Source: Ylistrum balloti
Taxonomy: Eukaryota
DNA: 64,000 bases
Direction of reading: 5' to 3'
NCBI RefSeq assembly: GCF_031769215.1
Contig: NW_026781953.1
Coordinates: 372,001 to 436,000 of the forward strand
How positions within the stretch are numbered: position 1 is the first letter of the stretch; each line of letters opens with the position of its first letter. Shown here piece by piece: positions 12,907 to 26,100 of the stretch. The notes beneath the pieces are model-generated. The model did not search any database. It was not told where the DNA came from and was given only the letters and a program-made list of their open reading frames with translations. The position numbers and the translations under genes are program-made.

Positions 12907-15530
12907 GTTAGTTTAAACAATATTTTATTCAGTAATAAGCATTTAATTACAGACAGGTACGCATAATCTTATGGGATGGGAAAACAAGCTTAAAGCTTAT
13001 ATTAATTCCTTTCCCATGTACATACAAAGACAAATATAAATCGGAAATGGAACACCTAACATCGACATTGGATGAAAAAGTAATATTTGGACATAACAAT
13101 AAAACATATTAACTTACGTATACGCACATGTGGTGGATAGAATTACAAAATGTAATTTACAACTTAAGTAGTGGCGCCTTAATTTATTGGTATGTAAAAA
13201 AAGGTTACCTTTCAAAGCTCCATTCAGATCTATGAAACAATACATAATGTACAGTTTTATAATAAGAATTAAAGGACAAAAAATATTAGGTAAAACGTTT
13301 ACTAAGCTTGATATAATTTTGCACGGTCAAGAATATTTGTTCATTTTTCTGTTTAGAGTAAGTGTCGTTTCCCCATAATAGAGTTTTTTCAGTTAGAGTA
13401 ATATCTAGTTGAAGTAAAGTATTTTGTCGAATTATGTTATAATTAGCACAAGACAATAAAAAATGGTGGGTACTTTCTACTAACCCGCATGAACAAAATG
13501 GACTTTCTTCCAGATTTCTTAAGTATAAATGTTGTTTGAGATTACTGCATTTAAGTCTCAATCGTGTATGTAAAATTTGAAGGTTTCTACTTCCAATATT
13601 AAAATAGTGTGGAATCATTACATTTTCTTTTTGTAAAAATCTTTTGATAATCCTGACAGACGGATTTTCGCGAATGTCGATTGGTAAAGAATTCCATAAA
13701 TGTACTGAAGAATTTAAAAAAGATGTTTTATAAAACTGAGTCCTGCAATTAATTAATAGTAAATTGTTTGAATTTCTAGTATTATGTCTGTGGGTATCTG
13801 ATACCTTACTTGGAATTAGACTGGATAGATAAAATGGAGTTTTCTTATGATACATTTTATGAAACTGCAAGAGTTTATGATTTTCCCGTCTTTTAGAAAG
13901 TTTTTCCCAACCCACATCTTTATACAATAAACTAACACTTGACAATTTAGTAGCACCTGTAACTATTCTTGCAGCTTCTATTTGGATGTTTTCTAAATTT
14001 TGACATAAATAATTGGGTAAATTATCCCAAACTACGTCAGAATATTCCAAAATAGGTCTGATAAAAGCAAAATATATTGTTTGGAGAGAATTCCTATCAA
14101 GTATGTTTTTTAAATTTCTTAAAACCGCTAGTCTTGGTGACACTTTCTTTAATATGTAATCAGTATGATTTTTCCATGTACCATCATCAGAAAATAACAC
14201 CCCTAAATGCTTATGAGATTTTACATTAGTTACATTGACATTGTCCATAGTGATAGGATCATAAATTCCTGGTATAGTTTTTCGGCTAATTAATAGAGAT
14301 TCTGTCTTGTCTGGATTAAATTTTACTAACCACTTATTTGCCCATACATGTATTTTTGAAAGATCATTATTGATGGTATTAATAGCAATCGTGGGATTTT
14401 CAACTATGATATACAAGGCTGTGTCATCAGCAAATAACTTTATTTTACAACTAATATCATTCACTATATCATTAATATATACTAAAAAGAAGAGAGGACC
14501 TAATATTGAACCTTGAGGTACACCTGCTTTGATATTTTGGGTTTCAGAGAAAATACCATTTATAACAACCCTTTGACTTCTGTCAGTTAAATAATTTTTG
14601 CACCAAGATAGCAATTTACCAGAAACGCCAGATTTTTCCAATTTATGTATAAGACCCCTGTGCCAAACCCTATCAAACGCTTTACTTATATCACAGAATA
14701 CGGCAATGATTTCTTTACCCGCGTCTAAAGCCCTCCCAATATCATTTGTAATGTCTAATAATTGATTTGTTGCAGAATCCCCAGGTGTGAAGCCCGATTG
14801 ACAATTTGTAAAATAATTTGTATCTCTAAAAAAATTGTAAAGATGTTTAAAAATACACCTTTCCATTAGTTTGCCAACGATACTTATCAAAGATATAGGT
14901 CTATAGTTTGAAACAACGGATTTGTCACCTTTTTTAAAAACTGGTGTAACATTAGCGACTTTCCATATAGAAGGATATATACCACAGTCGATAGATTTGT
15001 TAAACAATTTAGAAAGAATTGAAATAATAGACCCTGTCTTTGCTTCCTTAATAATTCTTGGACTCATTTTATCCGGACCAGAAGCTTTAGAAGTATCTAA
15101 CTTATTTATTGCATCTTCAACATCTTGTTCAGTGATATCAATATTTTCAAGTGTATTATTAGTAGCTACCATATTTGGTAGTGTTACATTAGAGTCGTCG
15201 ATAGTAGACTGGCTAATAAAGTAATTGTTAAAAAGATCTGCTTTTTGTTTACTATCACTATAATATATATCATTTTGCATTAACGTTGGTATATGAGAAG
15301 TTTTGGTTGGAAAATTTGTAAAATTGTTAATCAACTTCCACCAGTCACTTGTTGATGTAGACATACATTTTATCTTACCGGTTAACTTTAGAACATATTC
15401 ATTTTTTGCTTTCCTTATAGCGTCAATACATTTACTAAATTTCTGCCAGTGATACGGATTTTGGGTACCTTTAGCTTTTCGGTGTAATCGTTTTCGATCC
15501 CTTATTAATTTTCTTACATCATTATGCATC
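12907..15530 (-). mobile_element. 5'-truncated non-LTR retrotransposon (CR1/L2 group) with 13-bp target-site duplication
   Basis: TSD catacgatattta at 12894-12906 and 15531-15543. The minus-strand 3' end is aataaaatattgtttaaactaac (short AACT-type tail). There is an ~380-bp 3' UTR, and no endonuclease domain or ORF1. Confidence 0.92.
13286..15529 (-). CDS. LINE ORF2 C-terminal portion: reverse transcriptase plus C-terminal Cys/His motif, uninterrupted 747 aa
   Basis: KASGPDK, WKVANVTPVFKKG, NYRPISL, DISKAFDRVWH, GVPQGSILGPLFF, LFADD, HLGV, IRPILEY, and C-terminal CSCG...E..HHFLLSC. Confidence 0.93.
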   Translation of the reverse strand: MHNDVRKLIRDRKRLHRKAKGTQNPYHWQKFSKCIDAIRKAKNEYVLKLTGKIKCMSTSTSDWWKLINNFTNFPTKTSHIPTLMQNDIYYSDSKQKADLFNNYFISQSTIDDSNVTLPNMVATNNTLENIDITEQDVEDAINKLDTSKASGPDKMSPRIIKEAKTGSIISILSKLFNKSIDCGIYPSIWKVANVTPVFKKGDKSVVSNYRPISLISIVGKLMERCIFKHLYNFFRDTNYFTNCQSGFTPGDSATNQLLDITNDIGRALDAGKEIIAVFCDISKAFDRVWHRGLIHKLEKSGVSGKLLSWCKNYLTDRSQRVVINGIFSETQNIKAGVPQGSILGPLFFLVYINDIVNDISCKIKLFADDTALYIIVENPTIAINTINNDLSKIHVWANKWLVKFNPDKTESLLISRKTIPGIYDPITMDNVNVTNVKSHKHLGVLFSDDGTWKNHTDYILKKVSPRLAVLRNLKNILDRNSLQTIYFAFIRPILEYSDVVWDNLPNYLCQNLENIQIEAARIVTGATKLSSVSLLYKDVGWEKLSKRRENHKLLQFHKMYHKKTPFYLSSLIPSKVSDTHRHNTRNSNNLLLINCRTQFYKTSFLNSSVHLWNSLPIDIRENPSVRIIKRFLQKENVMIPHYFNIGSRNLQILHTRLRLKCSNLKQHLYLRNLEESPFCSCGLVESTHHFLLSCANYNIIRQNTLLQLDITLTEKTLLWGNDTYSKQKNEQIFLTVQNYIKLSKRFT

Positions 15531-17150
15531 CATACGATATTTAATATGTAGAAATTGTTTTAGATATAGCTAGATCGATTTACAAACGGTCGTGCGGTCC
15601 TGATTGCGCCATAACAGGTTTACATTGGTATAGGCCTGATGAAGTGATAAAATTGTAACTCCAGCAAAATTTTACAGAACAGCATACAAACAAGACATCT
15701 ATGATATAGTGACCTTTAGGTTCCGGATTTCCTGGTGCTCTACATTTAGACAGTTTGGCTGGGAGTATTTCCGCCAATGTCGCCATTCCAAAGTGACTAC
15801 AGGAGAGATATTTTGATGATAACAATAGTTTTAAAATTCATCAGACAGAAATCTTAAGAAAAAAATCAGAAAGTTTGCATTTTGAGTGGATTACCCCTTT
15901 AATGATCAGGATAGGGGTGAACTTCACGGAAACTACTCAATACTGCTCTCCTTTTGGAAATGAAGGGCTACTAGTTTTGAATTTTAAAAAACACATGAAA
16001 ATCTCTCCGATCAAATTCCAGATGGGCAGAACGTTTTTAAAAGTTTTCAATTTTCAGTACGAAATAGTCGATTTAGCATTATTTTTATAACTATGACGAA
16101 TATGAAGTACAATATGTTAATTTTTACGTTCACAGTACATTTTTAAAACACTCATCAGCCAGTAAACCCTTATGAGACTTTTGATATTCTGCAGTTGTGG
16201 TAGCGCACAACTCACAAAAAACTTCGTCTGCGCACACACGCACGATACAGTATCGTGCGCACAACTGTGCGATAGGATCGCACTTTTTGTGCGGTTTTGG
16301 TAAAAATGGTTGGCTAATATTACAGATCGAAAATTAAACGGAAAATGCTTGCAGTTATTACTAACTAGCGATCACACGAACATTAAAACTGATAGGTGAT
16401 TATAAAAAAGTCATTTTTAATTTGACAGTTCTCGAAATAATACTTGACCTGCATTAATTAGTCTTGTTGTATATAGTTTCATATCTCAGAAAGTGGCGAG
16501 TAGTGGTGCCTCGGGCAACAAAAGTTTACCAAGTAACCGGATCAGTACCGACTTGGTCGCACGTGTAACACTACACTGAATACTTACCTGAGCGTATATT
16601 CTCTGTTTACAAAATGAATTTAAAAAATGTATGAGTAATCCAGAAGTAATGAAAATTAAATTTCCTTTCTGACGGTATAATCATTGCTGTGACGTAAAGA
16701 GACGTCAAATTCATGTTTACATATTTTATATAATATATAATTTGTACCTGTACACTAAAGCTAGTCATGTGTGACGCTTTGTAAACAAAACACTTAAAAT
16801 TACGAGTGTATCTACAAGTAGCCAACCTATATATGAATGGTTTAATTAGATTATAAGTAATTTCTTTAATTATATCAAACATGATAGAATCGCTTATCTA
16901 GTGCGATAGAACCACACAACGTGAGCACAAATATACGATAGCTTATTTCGCCCAATTGTCCTTTCGTGCATTTATCATCAGCACATCGCACACGGTATAA
17001 CGATGTGCGATCACACAGCTCTATTGATTTGCTATTTCATTGCGTTTATGAGTAACACCGGTAAGTAAGTTGGTCCTGTCTGATATCAGTTCTTTAGCTA
17101 CACATGTACATTGACGTTGTAGGTCAGTCCACCTATGTGTCGTTGGGAGA

Positions 17151-20100
17151 ATGGCACGTGTATGTGTGATAGGAGCTGGTGTAGTACACACAAGGATTAA
17201 CAATATTCATCTCACACACAGCACTTACACACAAGGATTAACAATATTCATCTCACACCAGCACTTACACACCATTCAACAATATTCATCTCACATAGCA
17301 GACAACAAGGATTAACGCACTCAGCACTTACAAGGATTAACAATATTCATCTCACACTCAGCACGTACACACAAGGATTAACAATATTCATCTCAGACTC
17401 AGCACGTACACACAAGGATTAACAATATTCATCTAACACTCAGCACTAACAAGGATTAACAATATTCATATCACACTCAGCACTAACAAGGATTAACAAT
17501 ATTCATCTCAGACTCAGCACGTACACACAAGGATTAACAATATTCATCTCAGACTCAGCACGTACACACAAGGATTAACAATATTCATCTCACATTCAGC
17601 ACGTACACACAAGGATTAACAATATTCATCTCACACTCAGCACTAACAAGGATTAACAATATTCATCTCACACTCAGCACGTACACACAAGGATTAACAA
17701 TATTCATCTCACACTCAGCACTAACCAGGATTAACAATATTCATCTCACACTCAGCACTTACACACAAGGATTAACAATATTCATCTCACACTCAGCACT
17801 TACACACAAGGATTAACAATATTCATCTCACACTCAGCACGTACACACAAGGATTAACAATATTCATCTCACACTCAGCACTTACACACAAGGATTAACA
17901 ATATTCATCTAACACTCAGCACTTACACACAAGGATTAACAATATTCATCTCACACTCAGCACTTACACACAAGGATTAACAATATTCATCTCACACTCA
18001 GCACTTACACACAAGGTTAAGCAATATTCATCTCACACTCAGCACGTACACACAAGGATTAACAATATTCATCTCACACTCAGCACGTACACACAAGGAT
18101 TAACAATATTCATCTCACACCAGGATTAACACATTCACACTCACACACACAAGGATTAACAATATTCATCTCACACTCAGCACTACACACAAGGATTAAC
18201 AATACACACAAGGATTAACAATATTCATCTGACACTCAGCACTTACATACAAAGATTAACAATATTCATCTCACACTCAGCACGTACACACAAGGATTAA
18301 CAATATTCATCTCACACTCAGCACGTACACACAAGGATTAACAATATTCATCTCACACTCAGCACTAACCAGGATTAACAATATTCATCTCACACTCAGC
18401 ACTTACATACAAGGATTAACAATATTCATCTCACATTCAGCACTTACACACAAGGATTAACAATATTCATCTCGAACTCAGCACTTACAAGGATTAACAA
18501 TATTCATCTCACACTCAGCACTTACACACAAGGATTAACAATATTCATCTCACACTCAGCACTTACACACAAGGATTAACAATATTCATCTCACACTCAG
18601 CACTTACAAGGATTAACAATATTCATCTCACACTCAGCACTTACATACAAGGATTAACAATATTCATCTCACATTCAGCACTTACACACAAGGATTAACA
18701 ATATTCATCTCTCACTCAGCACTTACAAGGATTAACAATATTCATCTCACACTCAGCACTTACACACAAGGATTAACAATATTCATCTCACACACAGCAC
18801 TTACACACAAGGATTAACAATATTCATCTCACACTCAGCACTTACACACAAGGATTAACAATATTCATCTCACACTCAGCACTTACAAGGATTAACAATA
18901 TTCATCTCACACTCAGCACTTACACACAAGGATTAACAAAAATCATCTCACACTCAGCACTTACACACAAGGATTAACAATATTCATCTCACACTCAGCA
19001 CTTACACACAAGGATTCAATATTCACACTCAGCACTTACACACAAGGATTAACAATATTCATCTCACACTCAGCACTTACACACAGGGATTAACAATATT
19101 CATATCACACTCGGCACTAACAAGGATTAACAATATTCATCTCACACTCAGAAATTACACACAAGGATTAACAATATTCATCTCACACTCAGAAATTACA
19201 CACAAGGATTAACAATATTCATCTCGCACTCAGCACTTACAAGGATTAACAATATTCATCTCACACTCAGCACGTACACACAAGGATTAACAATATTCAT
19301 CTCACACTCAGCACGTACACACAAGGATTAACAATATTCATCTAACACTCAGCACGTAGACACAAGGATTAACAATATTCATCTCACACTCAGCACGTAC
19401 ACACAAGGATTAACAATATTCATCTCACACTCAGCACTTACACACAAGGATTAACAATATTCATCTCACATTCAGCACTTACACACAAGGATTAACAATA
19501 TTCATCTCACTTACACACAAGGATTAACAATATTCATCTTACACACCAGGATTAACAATATTCATCTCACACTCAGCACTTACATACAAGGATTAACAAT
19601 ATTCATCTCACACTCAGCACTTATAAGGATTAACAATATTCATCTCACACTTAGGACTTACAAGGATTAACAATATTCATCTCACACACAGCACTTACAC
19701 ACAAGGATTAACAATATTCATCTCACACTCAGCACGTACACACAAGGATTAACAATATTCATCTCACACTCAGCACGTACACACAAGGATTAACAATATT
19801 CATCTCAGACTCAGCACGTACACACAAGGATTAACAATATTCATCTCACACTCAGCACGTACACACAAGGATTAACAATATTCATCTCACACTCAGCACA
19901 CTACACACAAGGATTAACAATATTCATCTAACACTCAGCACTTACACACAAGGATTAACAATATTCATCTCACACTCAGCACTTACATACAAGGATTAAC
20001 AATATCCATCTCACATTCAGCACTTACACACAAGGATTAACAATATTCATCTCACACTTAGCACTTACAAGGATTAACAATAATCATCTCACACACAGCA

Positions 20101-23100
20101 CTTACACACAAGGATTAACAATATTCATCTCACACACAGCACTTACACACAAGGATTAACAATATTCATTCATACACACAAGGATTCACATCTCAGCACG
20201 TACACACAAGGATTAACAATATTCATCTAACACTCAGCACTAACAAGGATTAACAATATTCATCTAACACTCAGCACATAAACACAAGGATTAACATCTG
20301 ACACTCAGCACTTACAAGGAGTAACAATATTCATCTAACACTCAGCACTAACAAGGATTAACAATATTCATCTGACACTCAGCACTTACATACAAAGATT
20401 AACAATATTCATCTCACACTCAGCACGTACACACAAGGATTAACAATATTCATCTCACACTCAGCACTTACACACAATAATTAACAATATTCATCTCACA
20501 CTCAGCACTTACAAGGATAAACAATATTCAGGTAACATTCAGCACTTACACAAGGATTTACAATATTCATCTCACACTCAGCACTTACATACAAGGATTA
20601 ACAATATTCATCTAACACTCAGCACTTACACACAAGGATTAACAATATTCATCTAACACTCAGCACGTACACACAAGGATTAACAATATTCATCTAACAC
20701 TCAGCACTCGAATTACATTATATCCCCACCACACACACACACACACAGAATAACCATAACGATATTTAAGTGTTCAATGATTCATGTTTTATACATTATG
20801 CTGGATACTTTCCGGATGTATTGTGTGTGACACATACTATATTATGTACATGTTCAGCTTTGAGCTTACATGTAGGGACAACCTAACTTTCTTAAAATCA
20901 CTACTATGAATTAGGTTTAACTTTATCCGTGAAATTACAATATCTAAAAACAGTACAATATTTAACCAAATCTTAAGTATGTTAAATAAAAATCCTCGAC
21001 GTTTTCGACAAACTGATCACAGTCAATAATAGTTAAGTTAGAATTCAATATATTCATTACGTCCTGTATTAACACATCTGTTGTGTATATATATAAACTC
21101 CATCACGGTGTCTATTACACACACGAAAACAGCATCCGTGCTAATGTTTTTTTTTTACTGAAGAAGATTGTTGCTTAAGGAGCGGTATAAATGTCTTAAT
21201 ACATCCGAGTACATCCTATTTTACCTAAGAATGGTTGTATCACTGTTCTGGTGACTCGACATCTTGGTTTCAATTCTAGCACCACCTACGATTCCTAGAG
21301 GTTCGAATTGGGGCAACAGTCGAATACAGACAAAGATTATACAAAGACACACCATTGAACATATTTTTATAGTTACAGTATTTAAAAGTAAGGATTGGCA
21401 AAAACGCAAAATCCTGTGGTGACGTAGATAATCCTTCAAGTTGAATATTTCCCAACGGAACGTACAATAGGCACACAATGTATATCATGTTTAGATTTAA
21501 AAAATAAGAATTAGATGTGTAATATATCAGCCAAATGATTTAACTGAACAAATGAATTTTGATACTGGCTCAAAGTGTGTTATTCTAAAAGGCGAAAAAT
21601 AAATTTGCATAATTTTCATTATTTGCGTTTATATGAAATGATGCGTGACACGCAATTGTCTAAACCTGAACAATATTGCTTTCTTATGTTTTGGGTTAGG
21701 GTTTCTTGTTTTCTGGGTGGGGATTTATTATCAATTCACACACGAAACAAACAAACATGGTGTAAATCGTGAGACAAGCAAACAGAATACAAAACAGTGA
21801 CAGTCGGTGTGTATATACATTTAAGCACAAGTCCGACCAAACAACACTGAGCGACACTCTAGTAAAATAATGTCCTAATCGATGCAAAGAATGTCAACAT
21901 AATCATAATATATACAAACCCAAATTCCATAAAACTAGGGCATAATGGGAACAAAGAAAAATCTTCACAGAGACAAGGAGAACAAGACCAGGTGTTCCGG
22001 AAGAACAAACACCCGCGATGTCAACCTTGGTCAATCCAAGTATTAATGACACGTTATCAAATAAAAACAAGGTATACAACGGACAATCACACGTGCATCA
22101 ACACGTCCAGTTTCATATCGCTCAAACAAATAGAATATGAATCAATATGATCACTATGGTGACGATTAAATCTCGTGCATCAAATAATTATATTTCAGTA
22201 GTTTTTTTTTCATTTTCTATGGCATATAAGATAACCTTCTTATTTCCATACTAGTTCCATTATCATACAGAACATAGGCGTCTTCTTTCATCAAACTTAT
22301 CTCCGAAAGTTACGCTTAAGATAGATACAACAATATTGGTCTTTTATCCGTTTATAGGAGATGGGCAAATGAGACATGGAAGTTTTACTCAAAGATGGCG
22401 ACCTCGGACATGGCGTGCGAGACTGGACATAGTGTTTCGTCAGGTTACATCTTCAGTAGAGAAAAGATCGTGGTGAGTGTAAAGATCGTGGTGAATGCAA
22501 GATCCTGGTAAGTGTAAGAATATGGCGAATGTAAGATCGTGGTAAGTATAAGGTCGGTGTATGTGTAAGATCGTGGTAAGTGTGGGATCGTGGTAAGTGT
22601 AAAGATAGTGGTGAATGCAAGATCGTGGTAAGTGTGAGATCGTGGTGAATACAAGATCGTGGTAAGTGTGAGATCGTGGTTTGTGTAATATTGTGGTAGG
22701 TGTAAGATGGTGGTTGGTGTAAGATCATTGTAGTGTGAGATCGTGGTTGGTGTAAGATCGTGGTACGTGTGAGATCGTGGTTGTTGTGATATTGTGGTAA
22801 GTGTGATATCGTGGTAAGTGTAAGACTATGGTGACTGTAAGATCGTGTTACCTGTAAGATCGTGGTAGGTGTAAGATCGTGGTAGGTGTAAGACTTTGGT
22901 GACTATAAGATCGTGTTATCAGTAATATCGTGGTAGGTGTGAGATCGTGGTTGGTGTAAGATCGTGGTACGTGTGAGATCGTGGTTGGTGTGATATTGGG
23001 TAAGTGTGATGTCGTGGTAAGTGTAAGGCTATGGTGACTGTAAGATCGTGTTACCTGTAAGATCGTGGTAGGTGTAAGATCGTGGAAGAACAGTGATGAC

Positions 23101-26100
23101 GTAGGAAGGTCAGTTCACTGTTACATCCAAACACTTCTTCTTGATTCTCAAAAAACCAAATATCCGATTTCAATTACTCCAAATGTCAAGTATATGATTA
23201 ATCTCGACTGTCTTATGATAGCTGATGACTTGTCAGCTTTTAAGATAAGTTATTGAATATATGCTGAACATTAACATTTAATTTATTTTGACAGGACCCG
23301 ATATACGAAAGTATTGTGTTCAGCTGTAGGGAGATGTCAATAGCTGAATTAACCAGTCTCGGTATAACACAATACCGGTAAGTAGGAGTTCTCAAGCCGT
23401 GCATATTTACAGTAATATAGAGTCAAATATTGAATTAAACTCCATCATACAGATGTTTCGTCCTTCTAGGACTCGTCAGTGATTCTGCATCATACAGCAA
23501 ATTCATCCTTCAAGGGCTCGGCAGTGTAGCTAAGGGTTTATCTAGTTGAAATTTAATAGGCGACCGTGGAAGATCCAGATCTGCGGAAATAAATGTGTTG
23601 ACAGTTTCATGGAAGTCGATGTCGATCCTGACAGGAAATCTAATTCAGACTTGAAAGGGAGAAACTTCTACCTAATAACGTAATAACCCGACCATTTACG
23701 GATATTCTACTAAAATATGAGCTCAGAATACCGCAATGAATGATGTTGTTCTGTTTGAGTACATGCCTATATTTATAAGGTGTAAAAGGTCTGATTTAGA
23801 ATACCGGAATTTTAGTACACATTACAGCGTATTTACCGTTGTAAATCGTATATATCAGAAAGGATATGTTAAACGTTTTCTGACAAAAAGCTTATTGTGA
23901 GTGAAATTAATACATAGAGTTTCCTGGATTTTGCTTGGTTTATTAGGACGAGAGCAATTCCTGGGGAAGGATGTCCTTACGTGTATGAATCACTCGTATC
24001 CGACTAGCAGTGTTTACTATCTTGTTTTGTATTAACGAGTTAGAACATACATGTCTGTAATATACACTCAGCTTTTCGTTGTAGTATCGTAGCGGTGATG
24101 AGATCCGGTTCTTTATTTGGTGCAATATCGTAGGGCAATGTACGGAAGCGTATTCCGGCCAGGTTGTGTTTTTATTTTTACTCGAAATTTCGAGATAGTA
24201 ACTCGAAATATCGAGTTAGTAATCCGAAAATTTGAGTTAGTAATCCGAAATTTTGAGATATTAACCAGAAATTTCGAGTACGCTTCCTTACCAATAAGAT
24301 TTCTTTTTTTTCCGTAGAATTATCTACATTTGAGTTGGGATATGTCATAGGCAATATGACGTCACCATTATTTGCTGAGAATAATAGGTTCTTTCCCTGG
24401 CTTCTGGGTTGGACAGTGAAAACTCTGTCTAACTCGAGGCTTTGCCGAGGGTGCGACTGTCGGGCGTACCCTCCGAGGGTAGAGATTTTATCTACCTCAT
24501 ATCGTCAACATACTATAAATAGAACAACGAGACAAATATTAAAACAAAATCAGGCAAATAACGACATTTATTTTTACCGATTTGTAATCTACATTATACA
24601 CTGTACAAAGACAATCGTGGTGATACACCAATGTCATAATGCATCTAAAATTGATTTATATAAACATACATGATCAGACACTGTCTTACAAATTTAACTT
24701 AAGTTGTCCTTAGCAATCAGTCACGTCTCTAACGTCTCAAATTAACAACTTCCGGTTTAGCACGTGTTTATGTTCTTTGGATAGAGATAATTTACCCTCA
24801 GCGGAAGTGTGGATATTTCTGTCTGATGTGGTTAGAAAAAATGATTATCTATGTAACTTAATCAAAGTTAAAGAAAACATGGAAAATAAATGGACGGCGA
24901 ACTTCGCTAATGATCGTGTTAAACACTCGCGTAAATTTGTCTATTTGATTTTTTAAATTCCTTTACAGGTACGGGTACCACATCACAACGGTTTTGACGG
25001 AGATGCGAAAGTATATGCCTTGGCTAATGAATAAGTAAGTGTCATGTGATCAATACCGTCATTTTCATCATGTTAGCACGACACTATAGTAGGTCTGCTT
25101 TTAACTTACAAGATACCGTAAACTTTATCTAATGTCGCAAACATATGAACAAAGAACATAAGTTTACGGAAGCTTTCATTCTTTTATTGCGACAGATGGT
25201 TGAACATATCCTAATGACCAGTAAAACGAACACCAGGCTAGCATATGAACAGTCGATGTTGCCTTTCAGATGACCGTAATAATCATTTTATAACATATTT
25301 GCATGAATGTTTGGAGCCGAAAATATATAGTGATAACATGGTCTTATTCTCCTCGTGCGTTTTAGAGGATCTCGGTGTAAACCATCTCATTGTTCCTATC
25401 TTCAACTGGTTATATTGACTTCAAATTACATTGGTGTTGCTTTTTTGGGTATTTTTTAATCTTCGCCTTTCTCTTTCCCGAATAAACAAAGCGTAGACAT
25501 TAACAGTAGACTTGTAGGTTGATAAGGCCAACCAAAGCAAACTTAACTGTAAGTTATGAAATCAAATTTACTTTTCACCTGTATTTTTTTTCTTTTCATC
25601 TATTCATCTTATCATCTTAAGTATTGTTTTCAGTGTTTTTTACTTTAGATAACAGGACACTTCTAGTAAAGTATGCAGCTTACACATATTCTGACAGGAA
25701 GAAAGGAACATGTTATTTACATCAATAATAACTTTAGTAAAGTATTTCAGTTAAACTTACATAAGTTTAACATTAGTGTATGCTATATAACACTGAGTCT
25801 TGTCTCATTTTTTTCAGATTCAAAGAAAATGGTGGGAAAGTTGAGAAAAGGAAAATTCAAAACTTATCAGAGGTATGGGAAAATTATTCAATTTAATTAT
25901 CTTAATTACGTTCGGAACAAGACAGCATACCTGATATCTACGAGGCATTTCTTAACAAAGTTTTTGTTGTTGATGTTTTGTATATCATTAGCTTGATAGA
26001 ATAATTTTATAAAATATTTTTTTATCAGGATTAAATGTTTTAGAATCAAGAGTGATTTTGAAAATAGGTCCCTAACGTCGTTGCTGAGTCCAAAGAAGAT

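Noticed and set aside
17187-17200. Idea that the 41-bp repeat derives from exon 1 itself (GGA TTA ACA = G-L-T would continue GAGVVGL)
   Set aside because: Only about 6 nt match, there is a 7-nt offset, and the rest of the unit does not resemble the exon.
17185-20707. Regular repeat arrays as possible CRISPR arrays
   Set aside because: There are no unique spacers and no cas genes, and the context is a eukaryotic intron-containing genome. This applies to all arrays in the window.
21180-22160. Short minus-strand ORFs and repeat-like sequence in DAO-B intron 1
   Set aside because: No similarity to the missing DAO exon-1 segment and no recognisable domain; likely an old interspersed repeat.
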